Assembly: GCA_041748855.1 (NCBI GenBank)
Contig: JBGTCK010000051.1
Coordinates: forward strand, 8,525-72,524
DNA: 64,000 nucleotides
Source of the DNA: Acidimicrobiia bacterium
GTDB lineage: Bacteria > Actinomycetota > Acidimicrobiia > Spongiisociales > ZC4RG35
Direction of reading: 5' to 3'
Under the pieces are notes generated by a model. That model was not told the DNA's origin. It saw only the letters and a program-made list of their open reading frames with translations, and did not search any database. A program made the position numbers and the translations under genes. Each line of letters opens with the position of its first letter. Within the stretch, counting starts at the first letter, position 1. Of this stretch, positions 19,237 to 28,913 are shown piece after piece.

Positions 19237-20000
19237 CGTCGCTGGCGAACAGCCTCATAGACTACAAGCGCTGCCGAAACCGCAGTATTGAGTGAGTCCG
19301 CGCCGCCATGCATCGGTATCGAAACGCTCCAGTCGGCATTGGCGGTTGCATCCTCCGACAGTCCGCTTGCCTCGGCCCCGACCCAGATTGCCACTGGCCC
19401 CGCGAGCTGTGCCTCCCAATATGCCTGCGCCGCCACCGGAGACGTCGCCACCGACGCTATGCCGTGATCGCGAAGCCACCCGAAGACGTCGGCCCTTTTG
19501 GCGGTGGCGATTGGGACAGTGAACAGGGTCCCGGTCGATGACCTCACCGTGTTCGGGTTGAACGGGTCGGCAGCGGGCTCGATCACGATGACCCCGTCGG
19601 CCCCGGCACCATCGGCGACCCTGAGCAGGGCTCCGAGATTTCCAGGCTTCTCCAGTCCTTCGGCGACCAGGAGAAGGGGTTCGGAGGATGGGCTCAGATT
19701 CTCGAGACCGGTGTCCCAACAGGCGAACAAGGCGATGATTCCGGTCGAGGAGCGACGATACGATGCCCGGTCGATTGCTTCACGGCTCATGGTCACATGC
19801 GTCAGACCGAAGGTCGACTGAGCATCATCGGGACAGATGTAGGTCTCAACCGGGAGGTGTCCTCGTTCGAGTGCTCGCTCGACGATCCGGGGCTCCTCGA
19901 CCGCGAACAGCCTCTCCTCGTCGCGGTGGCGTCTCTGCTGGAGACGGACCAGCCGCTTGACCTGCTCGTTCGCGGGTGAGGAAATGTCGTAGCCGGTCAA
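19221..20000 (-). CDS. TrmH/SpoU family RNA 2'-O-methyltransferase
   Basis: 259 aa with SpoU methylase motifs (GNLGALLRVADGAGADGV, IPMHGGADSLNTAVSAAL). Confidence 0.8.
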   Translation of the reverse strand: MTGYDISSPANEQVKRLVRLQQRRHRDEERLFAVEEPRIVERALERGHLPVETYICPDDAQSTFGLTHVTMSREAIDRASYRRSSTGIIALFACWDTGLENLSPSSEPLLLVAEGLEKPGNLGALLRVADGAGADGVIVIEPAADPFNPNTVRSSTGTLFTVPIATAKRADVFGWLRDHGIASVATSPVAAQAYWEAQLAGPVAIWVGAEASGLSEDATANADWSVSIPMHGGADSLNTAVSAALVVYEAVRQRRQGAV

Positions 20001-20003
20001 GCC

Positions 20004-20237
20004 CTACCCGCTGTCGTCGGAGCCCGGCGGCAGCATCCGTTCCAGGATCTCGAGGGCCAATTCGGTGTCACTTGCGCGAACCAGGACCTTGACCCCGGAA
20101 TACGCTTCGAGTTGAGGGACAGCTCCCGACGCCGAGTCGGCCTGGATCATCGAATCGACGCCGCTTGCTGCCAGCTTGGCTTTGACCAGGTTGGCTTCGG
20201 ACGACGAGCTGTACATCCCGATCTGCACCAGTTCCAT
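20004..20237 (-). CDS. DUF2007-like small protein
   Basis: 77 aa with the pattern of the putative signal-transducing DUF2007 fold (SSSEANLVKAKLAASGV...VLVRASDTELALEIL). Confidence 0.5.
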   Translation of the reverse strand: MELVQIGMYSSSSEANLVKAKLAASGVDSMIQADSASGAVPQLEAYSGVKVLVRASDTELALEILERMLPPGSDDSG

Positions 20238-20261
20238 GAACTGACTCTAATACTTGCAGGA

Positions 20262-20277
20262 TCGAACATATGTTCGA
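20262..20277. promoter_or_regulatory. LexA SOS box (mycobacterial/Gram-positive type)
   Basis: Perfect palindrome TCGAACATATGTTCGA, matching the consensus TCGAAC-N4-GTTCGA. It lies 15 nt upstream of the GTG start of the DnaQ/GIY-YIG gene, in a 55-nt divergent spacer. Confidence 0.7.
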
Positions 20278-20292
20278 TAAGGTAAACCGGGC

Positions 20293-21927
20293 GTGGCACT
20301 TCCCATCCAGCCCAGTTTCGACGACCTGTCGACTCCGCTCTTCGATATCACTTTCTGTGTGCTCGACCTCGAGACCACGGGCGGGTCGCCTGCAAGCTGT
20401 GAGATAACCGAGATCGGGGCGGTCAAATACTGCCGTGGTGAGGAGGTCGGTTCGTTTCAGACACTGGTCGATCCCGGGGCGCCCATCCCCGCCTCGATAA
20501 CCATGCTCACCGGGATCACCCATGCCATGGTCTACGACGCCCCGAAGGTCGAGACCGCGCTCCCCACTTTTCTCGAGTTCATCGGTGATGCGGTGATCGT
20601 CGGGCACAACGTTCGCTTCGATGTGTCGTTCCTCAACGCGGCAACCGACCGGCTCGGCTACGCCCGACTCGACAATGCGCGGGTCGACACCGCCGCGCTG
20701 GCCCGGCGGCTGATCCGGGGTGAAGTCCGGAACTTGAAACTCGCCAGCCTCGCCGCCTTCTTCCGGAGCCCGGTGGTGCCCAACCACCGGGCTCTCGACG
20801 ATGCCAAGGCGACCGCCCACGTTTTGCACGGCCTGCTCGAACGCGCCGGGTCGCTCGGTGTCACCAACATCGACGACCTCCTCGCCTTGCCCCGGGCGAA
20901 GGGAGCCCGGTATTACGCCAAGATCCGCCTTTCGGACCAGCTTCCCCCTGCGCCGGGTGTGTACTTGTTCCGCGACCGCAACGGCGCGGTGATATACGTG
21001 GGCAAGGCGACCAATCTACGCCAGAGAGTCAGGCAGTATTTCTATGGCGATACCCGCAAAACGATCGGAAACATGATGCGGGAAATGGCCTCGATCGACC
21101 ATCAGGTGTGCCCCACCGTCATCGAGGCTGAGGTCACCGAACTGCGGCTCATCCACGCCCATCGGCCCCGGTACAACCGACGGAGCCGTCCACCAAAGTC
21201 GTCGCACTTCGTCCGGGTGACCCGGGAGCAGTTTCCCCGACTGTCGGTGGTGCGAACGGTCAAAGAGGACGCCCTGGCCCACGTCGGCCCTTTCCGGAGT
21301 AAGAAAGCCGCGGACCTCGTGGTTGCGGCGATCTGGGATGCGCTCCCCGTGCGGCGCTGCACAGGCATGCCGGCGAGCAGGGGTGGTAGCTGTGCTCCGG
21401 CCCAACTGGGCGTGGCAATGTGCCCGTGTGACGGCAGGCTCGATCCCGGGGCATATTCGCGAGTGATCGACGTTCTCCTCACCGGGCTCGACCATCAGGC
21501 GGAGGTCCTCCTCGAGCCGCTCCGGGAGCGGATGGAGCAGTATGCGATGGAGCAGAGATTCGAGGAGGCTGGCTGGGCCCGGGACCGGCACAACGCCCTG
21601 GCCCGATCGCTACTGCGACGCCAGCAATGGGCTGCCCTGGAGTCTGCAGGGTTATTCGAAGCGGTATCGGCATCGGGTGAGCACGTCCTGGTCGACCACG
21701 GAGTTCTCGTCGCCACCTGGAGGGATGGGAAACGCCCCCTGCTGGGAAGCCCGGCCGTCAGTTCGCTCACCACCCGGCAGGTTTCACCGTCGGTCGAGGC
21801 GGCCGAAGAATCGGCATTGATTTGGAACTGGTTGGAGGGCTCGAGTATCGGACTCGTCTCCGCTCAGGGTGGGCTCGCCCTTCCCATGGCACCGGTCAGG
21901 ATTCTCAAGGTGGGCGAGGCCGCCTGA
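20293..21927 (+). CDS. DEDD (DnaQ-like) 3'-5' exonuclease fused to a GIY-YIG (UvrC N-terminal-like) nuclease domain
   Basis: 544 aa (GTG start) with ExoI motif VLDLETTG and ExoIII HRALDDAKAT, followed by GIY-YIG (GVYLFRDRNGAVIYVGKATNLRQRV). Confidence 0.8.
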   Translation: MALPIQPSFDDLSTPLFDITFCVLDLETTGGSPASCEITEIGAVKYCRGEEVGSFQTLVDPGAPIPASITMLTGITHAMVYDAPKVETALPTFLEFIGDAVIVGHNVRFDVSFLNAATDRLGYARLDNARVDTAALARRLIRGEVRNLKLASLAAFFRSPVVPNHRALDDAKATAHVLHGLLERAGSLGVTNIDDLLALPRAKGARYYAKIRLSDQLPPAPGVYLFRDRNGAVIYVGKATNLRQRVRQYFYGDTRKTIGNMMREMASIDHQVCPTVIEAEVTELRLIHAHRPRYNRRSRPPKSSHFVRVTREQFPRLSVVRTVKEDALAHVGPFRSKKAADLVVAAIWDALPVRRCTGMPASRGGSCAPAQLGVAMCPCDGRLDPGAYSRVIDVLLTGLDHQAEVLLEPLRERMEQYAMEQRFEEAGWARDRHNALARSLLRRQQWAALESAGLFEAVSASGEHVLVDHGVLVATWRDGKRPLLGSPAVSSLTTRQVSPSVEAAEESALIWNWLEGSSIGLVSAQGGLALPMAPVRILKVGEAA

Positions 21928-21941
21928 CCGCATTGCTCGGA

Positions 21942-21967
21942 TATTCAAGAACTTGCATACTTATGCA
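21942..21967. promoter_or_regulatory. putative ArgR operator (ARG boxes) upstream of argC
   Basis: Imperfect palindrome TATTCAAGAACTTGCATA overlaps the perfect palindrome TGCATA-CT-TATGCA. It lies 20 nt upstream of the argC ATG, and the operon encodes ArgR. Confidence 0.5.
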
Positions 21968-21986
21968 GTCGGAGTAATGTTCCCTG

Positions 21987-23021
21987 ATGCACAAGGTCGC
22001 AATCGTGGGCGCATCGGGTTATGTGGGCGCCGAGCTCCTCAGGCTCGTCACGGCCCATGAGGCGCTCGAAGTGTCAGCGGCCACCGGTGCCTCGTCCGCA
22101 GGCACTCCGATCGCGGACAGATATCCGCACCTTTCCGGCGTCATCGGTGATCTTTCGTTCAGCACCTATTCGCCTCAGATCGCAGAAGGGACCGACGTCA
22201 CCTTTCTTGCACTCCCCCACGGCCAATCCCAGCGGATAATCTCCGAAATCCGGCCGGCGACCAAGCGGATCATCGACCTCTCCGCAGACTTCAGGTTCTT
22301 CGACTCCGGCACATACGAGCAGTGGTACGGCGAAACCCACCATCAACCGGACCTCCTCGGGGATTTCGTGACCGGTCTGCCCGAACTATTCCGGTCCGAG
22401 TTGTCCGGGGCGGACCAGATCGCAGTATCCGGGTGTTACGTCACTGCAGCTTCGCTGGCCCTGGCCCCTCTGGTCGGAACGGGGCTGGTCGAACCAAAGG
22501 GCATGATCGTCGACGCTGCCAGCGGAACTTCCGGGGCGGGCCGCACTTCGAAACCCGAGTTGGCGTTTTCCGCCGTCGACGAGAACTTCACCGCATACGG
22601 CCTTCTCGACCACCGGCACACCCCGGAAATGGAAATGGTCGTCGGCCGCCACTCGGGACAAGAGGTCCAGCTTCTCTTCACCCCCCACCTCGCCCCCATG
22701 ACCCGGGGGATACTCGCCACGTGTTATGGGCGTCCCGCTGGCCCCTTCACAACCGAAGACGCACTCGCCTGCCTCGACGACTTCTACGCCAGCGAGCCGT
22801 TTGTGAGCGTCAGCGACACTTCCCCCTCTACAAAGTCGACCCTCGGTTCGAACAGCGTCCATCTGACCGCCAGAGTCGATCCCCGCACCGGTTGGATCGT
22901 GGTCATCTCGGCTCTGGACAATCTGGTCAAGGGGGCGGCAGGCCAGGCGATCCAGTGCGCAAACATTGCCCTCGGATTGCCCGAGACCACCGGTCTCTCC
23001 ATTGCCGGGATGTACCCGTGA
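21987..23021 (+). CDS. argC: N-acetyl-gamma-glutamyl-phosphate reductase
   Basis: 344 aa with VAIVGASGYVGAEL and active-site Cys context AVSGCY. First gene of the arg operon. Confidence 0.95.
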   Translation: MHKVAIVGASGYVGAELLRLVTAHEALEVSAATGASSAGTPIADRYPHLSGVIGDLSFSTYSPQIAEGTDVTFLALPHGQSQRIISEIRPATKRIIDLSADFRFFDSGTYEQWYGETHHQPDLLGDFVTGLPELFRSELSGADQIAVSGCYVTAASLALAPLVGTGLVEPKGMIVDAASGTSGAGRTSKPELAFSAVDENFTAYGLLDHRHTPEMEMVVGRHSGQEVQLLFTPHLAPMTRGILATCYGRPAGPFTTEDALACLDDFYASEPFVSVSDTSPSTKSTLGSNSVHLTARVDPRTGWIVVISALDNLVKGAAGQAIQCANIALGLPETTGLSIAGMYP

Positions 23022-24253
23022 GCATCTCCCCTCTCGCCCCGAACAGCTTCCCCGAGCTCCCGCCCATCGCCGGTGTCGAACTGGGCACAGCAGCGGCCGG
23101 CATCAGGAAAAAGGAGCGGACCGACCTGCTCGTGGCGAAGTTTTCGCCGGGCACCAGCGTCGCTGGGGTCTTCACCCGGACCTTGTGCCCTGCCGCCCCG
23201 GTCGAATGGTGTCGCCGGATCATCGAGAGTGGCGACGGCAAGGCACAGGCACTGGTGTGCAATTCGGGCAACGCCAATGCATTCACCGGCAAGGCTGGCG
23301 AGGTCTCCACCGAGCTCACTGCAGTGACAGTGGCTACCGCCCTCGGGATACCAGCTGACGCAGTGCTCGTTGCGTCGACAGGCGTCATCGGCGAGCCGAT
23401 GCCCGACGACAGGATCACCGCCGCAATCCCCGAACTGCTCTCCGGGCTGGGCGCATCCGCTCCCGCCGGCTGGGAGCAGGCTGCCGGGGCAATCCGGACC
23501 ACTGACACCTTCAGCAAAGGCGCTTGTGCCTCGATCCCCGGGACAGACGCCTCAGTGGTGGGCATCGCCAAGGGCAGCGGGATGATCGCCCCCGACATGG
23601 CGACCATGCTCGGGTTCGTCTTCACCGACCTCGGCATCGCCCCGGACATCCTCCAGGAGTCGCTGAACGCGTCGGTCGAAAAGAGCTTCAACCGGATCAC
23701 CGTCGACTCGGACACCTCCACCAACGACACCGTGCTCCTTTTCGCCACCGGGGCCGGCATCGATGACCCGATCACCGACTGGAACGATCCGAGGCTGGAT
23801 GCTTTCCAGGGAGCTCTCGAAGCCGTCACCCTCGACCTCGCTCATCAGATCGTCCGCGACGGCGAGGGGGCAACCAAGTTCGCCTCGGTCAAAGTCACCG
23901 GGGCCGCCAGTGAGGAATCTGCAGTTGCAATTGCCAGGTCGATTGCAGACTCCCCGCTGGTCAAGACGGCGATGGCCGCCGGAGATGCAAACTGGGGCCG
24001 GGTGGTCATGGCCGTGGGCAAGGCCGGCCAGCCTGCAAACCGGGACAAACTCGCAATCTGGATCGGCCCCGAACAGGTGGCGGCTTCGGGCACAGTCCTC
24101 GACGGTTACCGGGAGGAGGCCGCGACGGCACACCTCGCTCTCGACGAAGTCGAGATAACAGTCGACGTCGGTGTCGGTGAGCACGAGGCAACCGTCTGGA
24201 CGTGTGACCTGACCCACGGCTATATCGAGATCAACGCCGGGTACCGGACATGA
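23018..24253 (+). CDS. argJ: bifunctional ornithine acetyltransferase/N-acetylglutamate synthase
   Basis: Start placed at the GTG that overlaps the argC stop (GTGA). The self-cleavage motif DMATMLGFVFTD is present. The upstream 232 codons of the 643-aa ORF overlap argC out of frame and are not argJ-like. Confidence 0.9.
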   Translation: MSISPLAPNSFPELPPIAGVELGTAAAGIRKKERTDLLVAKFSPGTSVAGVFTRTLCPAAPVEWCRRIIESGDGKAQALVCNSGNANAFTGKAGEVSTELTAVTVATALGIPADAVLVASTGVIGEPMPDDRITAAIPELLSGLGASAPAGWEQAAGAIRTTDTFSKGACASIPGTDASVVGIAKGSGMIAPDMATMLGFVFTDLGIAPDILQESLNASVEKSFNRITVDSDTSTNDTVLLFATGAGIDDPITDWNDPRLDAFQGALEAVTLDLAHQIVRDGEGATKFASVKVTGAASEESAVAIARSIADSPLVKTAMAAGDANWGRVVMAVGKAGQPANRDKLAIWIGPEQVAASGTVLDGYREEAATAHLALDEVEITVDVGVGEHEATVWTCDLTHGYIEINAGYRT

Positions 24254-25125
24254 TCGGCACCACCACATACGCCCCCGAGCAGCGCGCCGGGGCGCTGCTC
24301 GAGGCGCTCCCCTACATCAAGCAATTCCGGGACGCGGTGATCGTGGTCAAGTACGGGGGCAGCGCGATGACCGACCCGGCCCTGGCCACTACCTTCGCCG
24401 AAGACATCGTTCTGTTGCGTTCCGTAGGGATGAGACCGGTGGTGGTCCACGGGGGCGGCCCTCAGATCGGACATCACCTCGAGAAACTGGGCAAGGAGAC
24501 TCGATTCCAGGACGGTCTCAGGGTCACCGACTCCGAGACCCTCGACATCGTGAGGATGATCCTCGTCGGAAAGATCGGGCGCGACATCGTGGGGGCGATC
24601 AACGTCCACGGCGCCTATGCGGTCGGACTGTCCGGTGAAGACGGCGGGATGATCACTGCCGAACCTTTCGATGAGTCCCTGGGGCTCGTCGGCCGCATCG
24701 TCTCAGTCCAACCGGGGATCATCGAACGGCTCCTCGCCGAGAACATGATCCCTGTGATTTCCACCATCGGCTCCGACCGGGCCGGCCAGGCGTACAACAT
24801 CAACGCCGACACCGTTGCCGGCGCCCTGGCGGCCGCACTCCACGCCGAGAAGATCATCTATCTCACCGACGTCCCCGGTCTGCTCGAAGACCCCTCCGAC
24901 CCCGACACGCTGATCCGGAGGACATCGGTCGGCGAGGTGGAGAAGATGCTGAAGACCTCAGCGATCAGCAGCGGAATGATCCCGAAGCTGCAGGCATGCA
25001 TAGATGCCCTCAGAGGCGGGGCGGCATCGGCCCATATGCTCGACGGCACCATCCCCCACGTGCTCCTGTTGGAACTGCTCACAGACACCGGAATCGGCAC
25101 GATGGTCGGGGGCGATCTGCGATGA
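24250..25125 (+). CDS. argB: acetylglutamate kinase
   Basis: 291 aa with VVKYGGSAM and VVHGGGPQI motifs. Confidence 0.95.
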   Translation: MIGTTTYAPEQRAGALLEALPYIKQFRDAVIVVKYGGSAMTDPALATTFAEDIVLLRSVGMRPVVVHGGGPQIGHHLEKLGKETRFQDGLRVTDSETLDIVRMILVGKIGRDIVGAINVHGAYAVGLSGEDGGMITAEPFDESLGLVGRIVSVQPGIIERLLAENMIPVISTIGSDRAGQAYNINADTVAGALAAALHAEKIIYLTDVPGLLEDPSDPDTLIRRTSVGEVEKMLKTSAISSGMIPKLQACIDALRGGAASAHMLDGTIPHVLLLELLTDTGIGTMVGGDLR

Positions 25126-26336
25126 CACTCACCCAGGCTGCCGCATGGGGCACCACCGGTGACCACAGCCCCTTGATGAATAATTACGGCTCGCCACCCC
25201 GGCTTTTTGTAAAGGGCCTCGGCCCTTACATCTGGGACCGCGACGGCCGCCAGTATCTCGATTTTCTCGGCGGGCTCGCAGTGGTGGCCCTCGGCCACGC
25301 CCACCCGGCGATCACCAGGGCTGTCACCAAACAGGCCGGATTGCTCGTGCACACCTCGAACCTGTTCGCCAATGAGCACCAGGCTCCCGTTGCCGAGACG
25401 ATCAACTCCCTCGTCGATTGCGGCCGGGGCCAGGTGCTGTTCCAGAATTCGGGTGCCGAGGCCAACGAGGCTGCAATCAAGCTCGCCCGGAAACATCAGG
25501 GCCCAGAACGGTATGTGGTGCTCTCGGCACTCGGTTCTTTCCATGGAAGGACACTGGCCACGCTTGCCGCCACCGGGCAGCCTGCCAAACACACTCCCTT
25601 CGCTCCGATGCCCGATGGCTTCCGACACATCCCCTTCAACGATATTGCCACCCTCGAGTCAGCCCTGGATGCCGATGTCGCCGCAGTGCTTCTCGAATCG
25701 GTCCAGGGCGAGGGAGGCGTCATCCCTGCCGACGCTGGCTACCTCCAGGAAGTGCGCTCGTTGTGCGACCAGAATGGGGTGCTGCTCATCCTCGACGAGA
25801 TCCAGACCGGGATGGGCCGCACCGGTGAGTGGTTCGGGTTCCAACACGCCGGTATCAAACCCGACATCGTGACCATGGCCAAGGCACTCGGCAACGGCTT
25901 CCCGGTAGGGGCGGTCTGGGCGACCGATGCGGTCGCTGCCGCTTTCGGGCCAGGAGACCACGGATCGACGTTTGCCGGCCAGCCGGTCGCTCTGGCGGCC
26001 GCCCGGGCCGCCCTCGACACTTACATCGAACTCGACGCACCAGCTCTGGTCAGGGAAATGGGTACGTACCTGACGAGGCGAGCGGAGGCCAGCGTCGGTG
26101 TCGTCCAGGTTCGGGGCCACGGCCTGCTCCTCGCACTCGAGCTGAGCCCGGCAGCTCTTGCCGGCCGGACTGCCAAGGACATCGCCACTGCATGTCTCGA
26201 CCGGGGCCTGATCGTCAACGGGGTCACCCCGACCGCACTTCGACTGGCACCCCCCTACATCGTCACCAAACAACAGATAGACGAGGCAATCGACATCATC
26301 TCCGATGCGATCGCCTCCGCACCCGAGGAGGAATGA
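25122..26336 (+). CDS. argD: acetylornithine aminotransferase
   Basis: Start at an ATG overlapping the argB stop (ATGA). Class III aminotransferase motifs are LILDEIQTGMGRTG and TMAKALGNGFP (PLP Lys). Confidence 0.9.
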   Translation: MTLTQAAAWGTTGDHSPLMNNYGSPPRLFVKGLGPYIWDRDGRQYLDFLGGLAVVALGHAHPAITRAVTKQAGLLVHTSNLFANEHQAPVAETINSLVDCGRGQVLFQNSGAEANEAAIKLARKHQGPERYVVLSALGSFHGRTLATLAATGQPAKHTPFAPMPDGFRHIPFNDIATLESALDADVAAVLLESVQGEGGVIPADAGYLQEVRSLCDQNGVLLILDEIQTGMGRTGEWFGFQHAGIKPDIVTMAKALGNGFPVGAVWATDAVAAAFGPGDHGSTFAGQPVALAAARAALDTYIELDAPALVREMGTYLTRRAEASVGVVQVRGHGLLLALELSPAALAGRTAKDIATACLDRGLIVNGVTPTALRLAPPYIVTKQQIDEAIDIISDAIASAPEEE

Positions 26337-27229
26337 TGCGCCATTACCTGGACATCGATGAACTGAGCAAGGACGGGCTGGAGTATGTGCTCGACCTCTC
26401 ATCGCAACCGGCCACGACGACTCCCCTAGCCGGCAAAGGCATGGCCCTGCTTTTCGAAAAGCCCTCGGCCCGAACCCGGAACGCGATGGAGATGGCGGTG
26501 GTCCAGCTCGGCGGCCATCCCGTGTACATCCGGCCCGACGAGCTCGGCCTCGACGTGCGTGAGACGGTCGAAGACGTCACCCGGACCTTCGCCTGCTACC
26601 ACGATCTCCTCGGGGCAAGGGTCTTCGCCCATTCCACGGTGAAGCGAATGGCAGCCCTCGATGTGATCCCGGTGGTCAACCTCCTCAGCGACAAATCGCA
26701 CCCAATGCAAGCCCTGGGCGACCTGCTCACCATGCGCTCAGAGCTCTCGGTGCTCGAGGACCGCACCATCACCTTCATCGGCGACGCCAACAACGTCGCA
26801 CTCTCTCTGGCCAAGGCGGCCGGCCTTGCCGGGATGAGATTCCGCCTCGCCGGACCCTCCGGCTACTCCTTCTCCCCGGATGACATCGCCGAGATCAACA
26901 CGTCAGGCGCTGAAGTCGAGGTCTTCCGCTCGCCCTACGAGGCCGTCTCCGATGCTGACGTCGTCTATACCGACACCTGGGCGTCGATGGGCAAAGAAGA
27001 CGAGACCGAGGCGCGGAAGAATGCCTTCCAGGAGTTCCGGGTCGATGCCAACCTGATGTCAGCAGCTGGCGAAAAGGCAATCTTTCTCCACTGTCTCCCG
27101 GCCAAGCGGGGCAATGAAGTCACCGACGAGGTGCTCGACGGCCCGCAAAGTCGGGTCTGGGCCCAGGCCGAAAACCGTATGCACACGGCTCGCGGCCTGC
27201 TCACCTGGCTCATCGAGGAGATCAAATGA
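26333..27229 (+). CDS. argF: ornithine carbamoyltransferase
   Basis: Start at an ATG overlapping the argD stop. Motifs are FEKPSARTRNAME (carbamoyl-phosphate binding), DTWASMG and HCLPAKRG. Confidence 0.9.
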   Translation: MMRHYLDIDELSKDGLEYVLDLSSQPATTTPLAGKGMALLFEKPSARTRNAMEMAVVQLGGHPVYIRPDELGLDVRETVEDVTRTFACYHDLLGARVFAHSTVKRMAALDVIPVVNLLSDKSHPMQALGDLLTMRSELSVLEDRTITFIGDANNVALSLAKAAGLAGMRFRLAGPSGYSFSPDDIAEINTSGAEVEVFRSPYEAVSDADVVYTDTWASMGKEDETEARKNAFQEFRVDANLMSAAGEKAIFLHCLPAKRGNEVTDEVLDGPQSRVWAQAENRMHTARGLLTWLIEEIK

Positions 27230-27687
27230 ACAAGAACCAGCGACAGCACAAGATCACCGACTTGCTCAGGGGCCAGCCGGTGACCAACCAGGGACAGCTC
27301 GTTGAACTCCTCCAACAAGAGGGCGTGGTCGCTACCCAGGCCACAGTTTCCCGCGACCTCGACGAACTAGGCGCGGTGAAGGTGAAGGTGGGCGGTGGGG
27401 ATGCCGTGTATGCCATCCCCGAAAACCCAGCCGACCGTGTGGTGCCTGAAGACCTGCTGAAACGAGTTCTCAGCAACTGGATCGTAGACATCCAGTCTTC
27501 GGCAAACATCGTGGTGATTCGTACTCCCCCTGGCTCGGCGCATGTGGTTGCTTCAGCAATAGACCGCGCAGGCATGCCCGATGTGCTCGGCACCGTCGCC
27601 GGTGACGACACCATGTTCGTGGTGACTTACGAGGGGACAGACGGAAAAGATCTGGCGGCCAGATTCAAGGAGATCGCAGGACTATGA
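27226..27687 (+). CDS. argR: arginine repressor
   Basis: 153 aa with an N-terminal winged-helix ([12 protein letters not shown]) and the C-terminal oligomerisation motif [12 protein letters not shown]. Confidence 0.9.
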   Translation: MNKNQRQHKITDLLRGQPVTNQGQLVELLQQEGVVATQATVSRDLDELGAVKVKVGGGDAVYAIPENPADRVVPEDLLKRVLSNWIVDIQSSANIVVIRTPPGSAHVVASAIDRAGMPDVLGTVAGDDTMFVVTYEGTDGKDLAARFKEIAGL

Positions 27688-28910
27688 ACACCAACAAGAA
27701 CGACATCAAAAAGGTGGTGCTCGCCTATTCGGGCGGTCTCGACACGTCCATCATCCTCCGGTGGCTGCAGGAGACCTACGAAGCCGAGGTCATCTGCTTC
27801 ACGGCCGACATCGGCCAGAAGCACGAGACGGAACCGGCCCGGGCCAAGGCCCTGAGTCTTGGCGTCCCCGAGAGCGACATCCACATCGAAGACCTCCAGG
27901 AGGAGTTCGTCAGCGAGTACGTGTTCCCGATGTTCCGGGCCAATGCTGTCTACGAGGGCGAGTACCTCCTCGGCACGTCCATCGCCCGCCCCCTCATCGG
28001 CAAGCGCATCATCGAGCTCGCCCGTGAGAACAGCGCCGACGCCATCGCCCATGGCGCCACCGGCAAGGGCAACGACCAGATCAGGTTTGAGCTGGCCGCA
28101 TATTCGTTTGCGCCCGATATCGAAGTGATTGCGCCGTGGCGGATCTGGGAGCTCGACTCCAGAGAGTCGCTGATGAGATACGCCAAGGACCGGGGCATCC
28201 CGATCGAGAAGACCCGGGGCAAGGAATCGCCGTTCTCGACCGACGCCAACCTGCTCCACATCTCATATGAGGGCGGGCCGCTGGAGGACCCCTGGGCCGA
28301 GGCTCCGGCTGACATGTGGCAGTGGACTGTCGACCCGGCCCAGGCGCCGGACCGGCCCACCTTCCTCAACCTCGAGTACCAGGGCGGCGACATTGTCGCC
28401 ATCGACGGCCAGCAGCTGTCGCCCGGCGACGTACTCACCACCCTGAACGAGATCGGCGCCGCCAACGGTGTCGGCCGTATCGACATCGTGGAAAACCGCT
28501 ATGTCGGTATGAAGAGCAGAGGGTGTTATGAGACCCCGGGCGGGACGATCATGCTCAAGGCGCACCGCGCCATCGAGTCGATCACCCTCGATCGGGAAGT
28601 GGCACACCTCAAAGACAGCCTGATGCCCAAATATTCCGAGTTGATCTACAACGGCTACTGGTTCAGCCCCGAACGTAAGATGCTGCAGCTGGCAATCGAC
28701 CACAGCCAGGAGCATGTCAACGGAGAGGTCAAGGTCAAGTTGTACAAGGGCAACATCGACATCGTCGGCCGGAGGTCGAGCGAATCTCTGTTCGACGCCC
28801 GCACCGCGAGCTTTGGCGAGGATGAGGGTGTTTACAACCAGGCCGACGCCGACGGCTTCATCAAGCTCAACGCCCTCCGTCTCCGCAACCTGGCGCGCAA
28901 GCGCCCCTGA
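27684..28910 (+). CDS. argG: argininosuccinate synthase
   Basis: 408 aa with the [12 protein letters not shown] motif and [13 protein letters not shown]. Confidence 0.95.
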   Translation: MNTNKNDIKKVVLAYSGGLDTSIILRWLQETYEAEVICFTADIGQKHETEPARAKALSLGVPESDIHIEDLQEEFVSEYVFPMFRANAVYEGEYLLGTSIARPLIGKRIIELARENSADAIAHGATGKGNDQIRFELAAYSFAPDIEVIAPWRIWELDSRESLMRYAKDRGIPIEKTRGKESPFSTDANLLHISYEGGPLEDPWAEAPADMWQWTVDPAQAPDRPTFLNLEYQGGDIVAIDGQQLSPGDVLTTLNEIGAANGVGRIDIVENRYVGMKSRGCYETPGGTIMLKAHRAIESITLDREVAHLKDSLMPKYSELIYNGYWFSPERKMLQLAIDHSQEHVNGEVKVKLYKGNIDIVGRRSSESLFDARTASFGEDEGVYNQADADGFIKLNALRLRNLARKRP

Positions 28911-28913
28911 ACC

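Noticed and set aside
22322-23017. N-terminal 232 codons of the 643-aa ORF containing argJ
   Set aside because: This stretch overlaps argC in another frame and has Arg/Pro-rich, non-protein-like composition. ArgJ homology starts at the GTG overlapping the argC stop. The same reasoning applies to the 5' extensions of the argD (24996..25121), argF (25829..26332), ccmA (31183..31479) and ccmC (32129..32791) ORFs.
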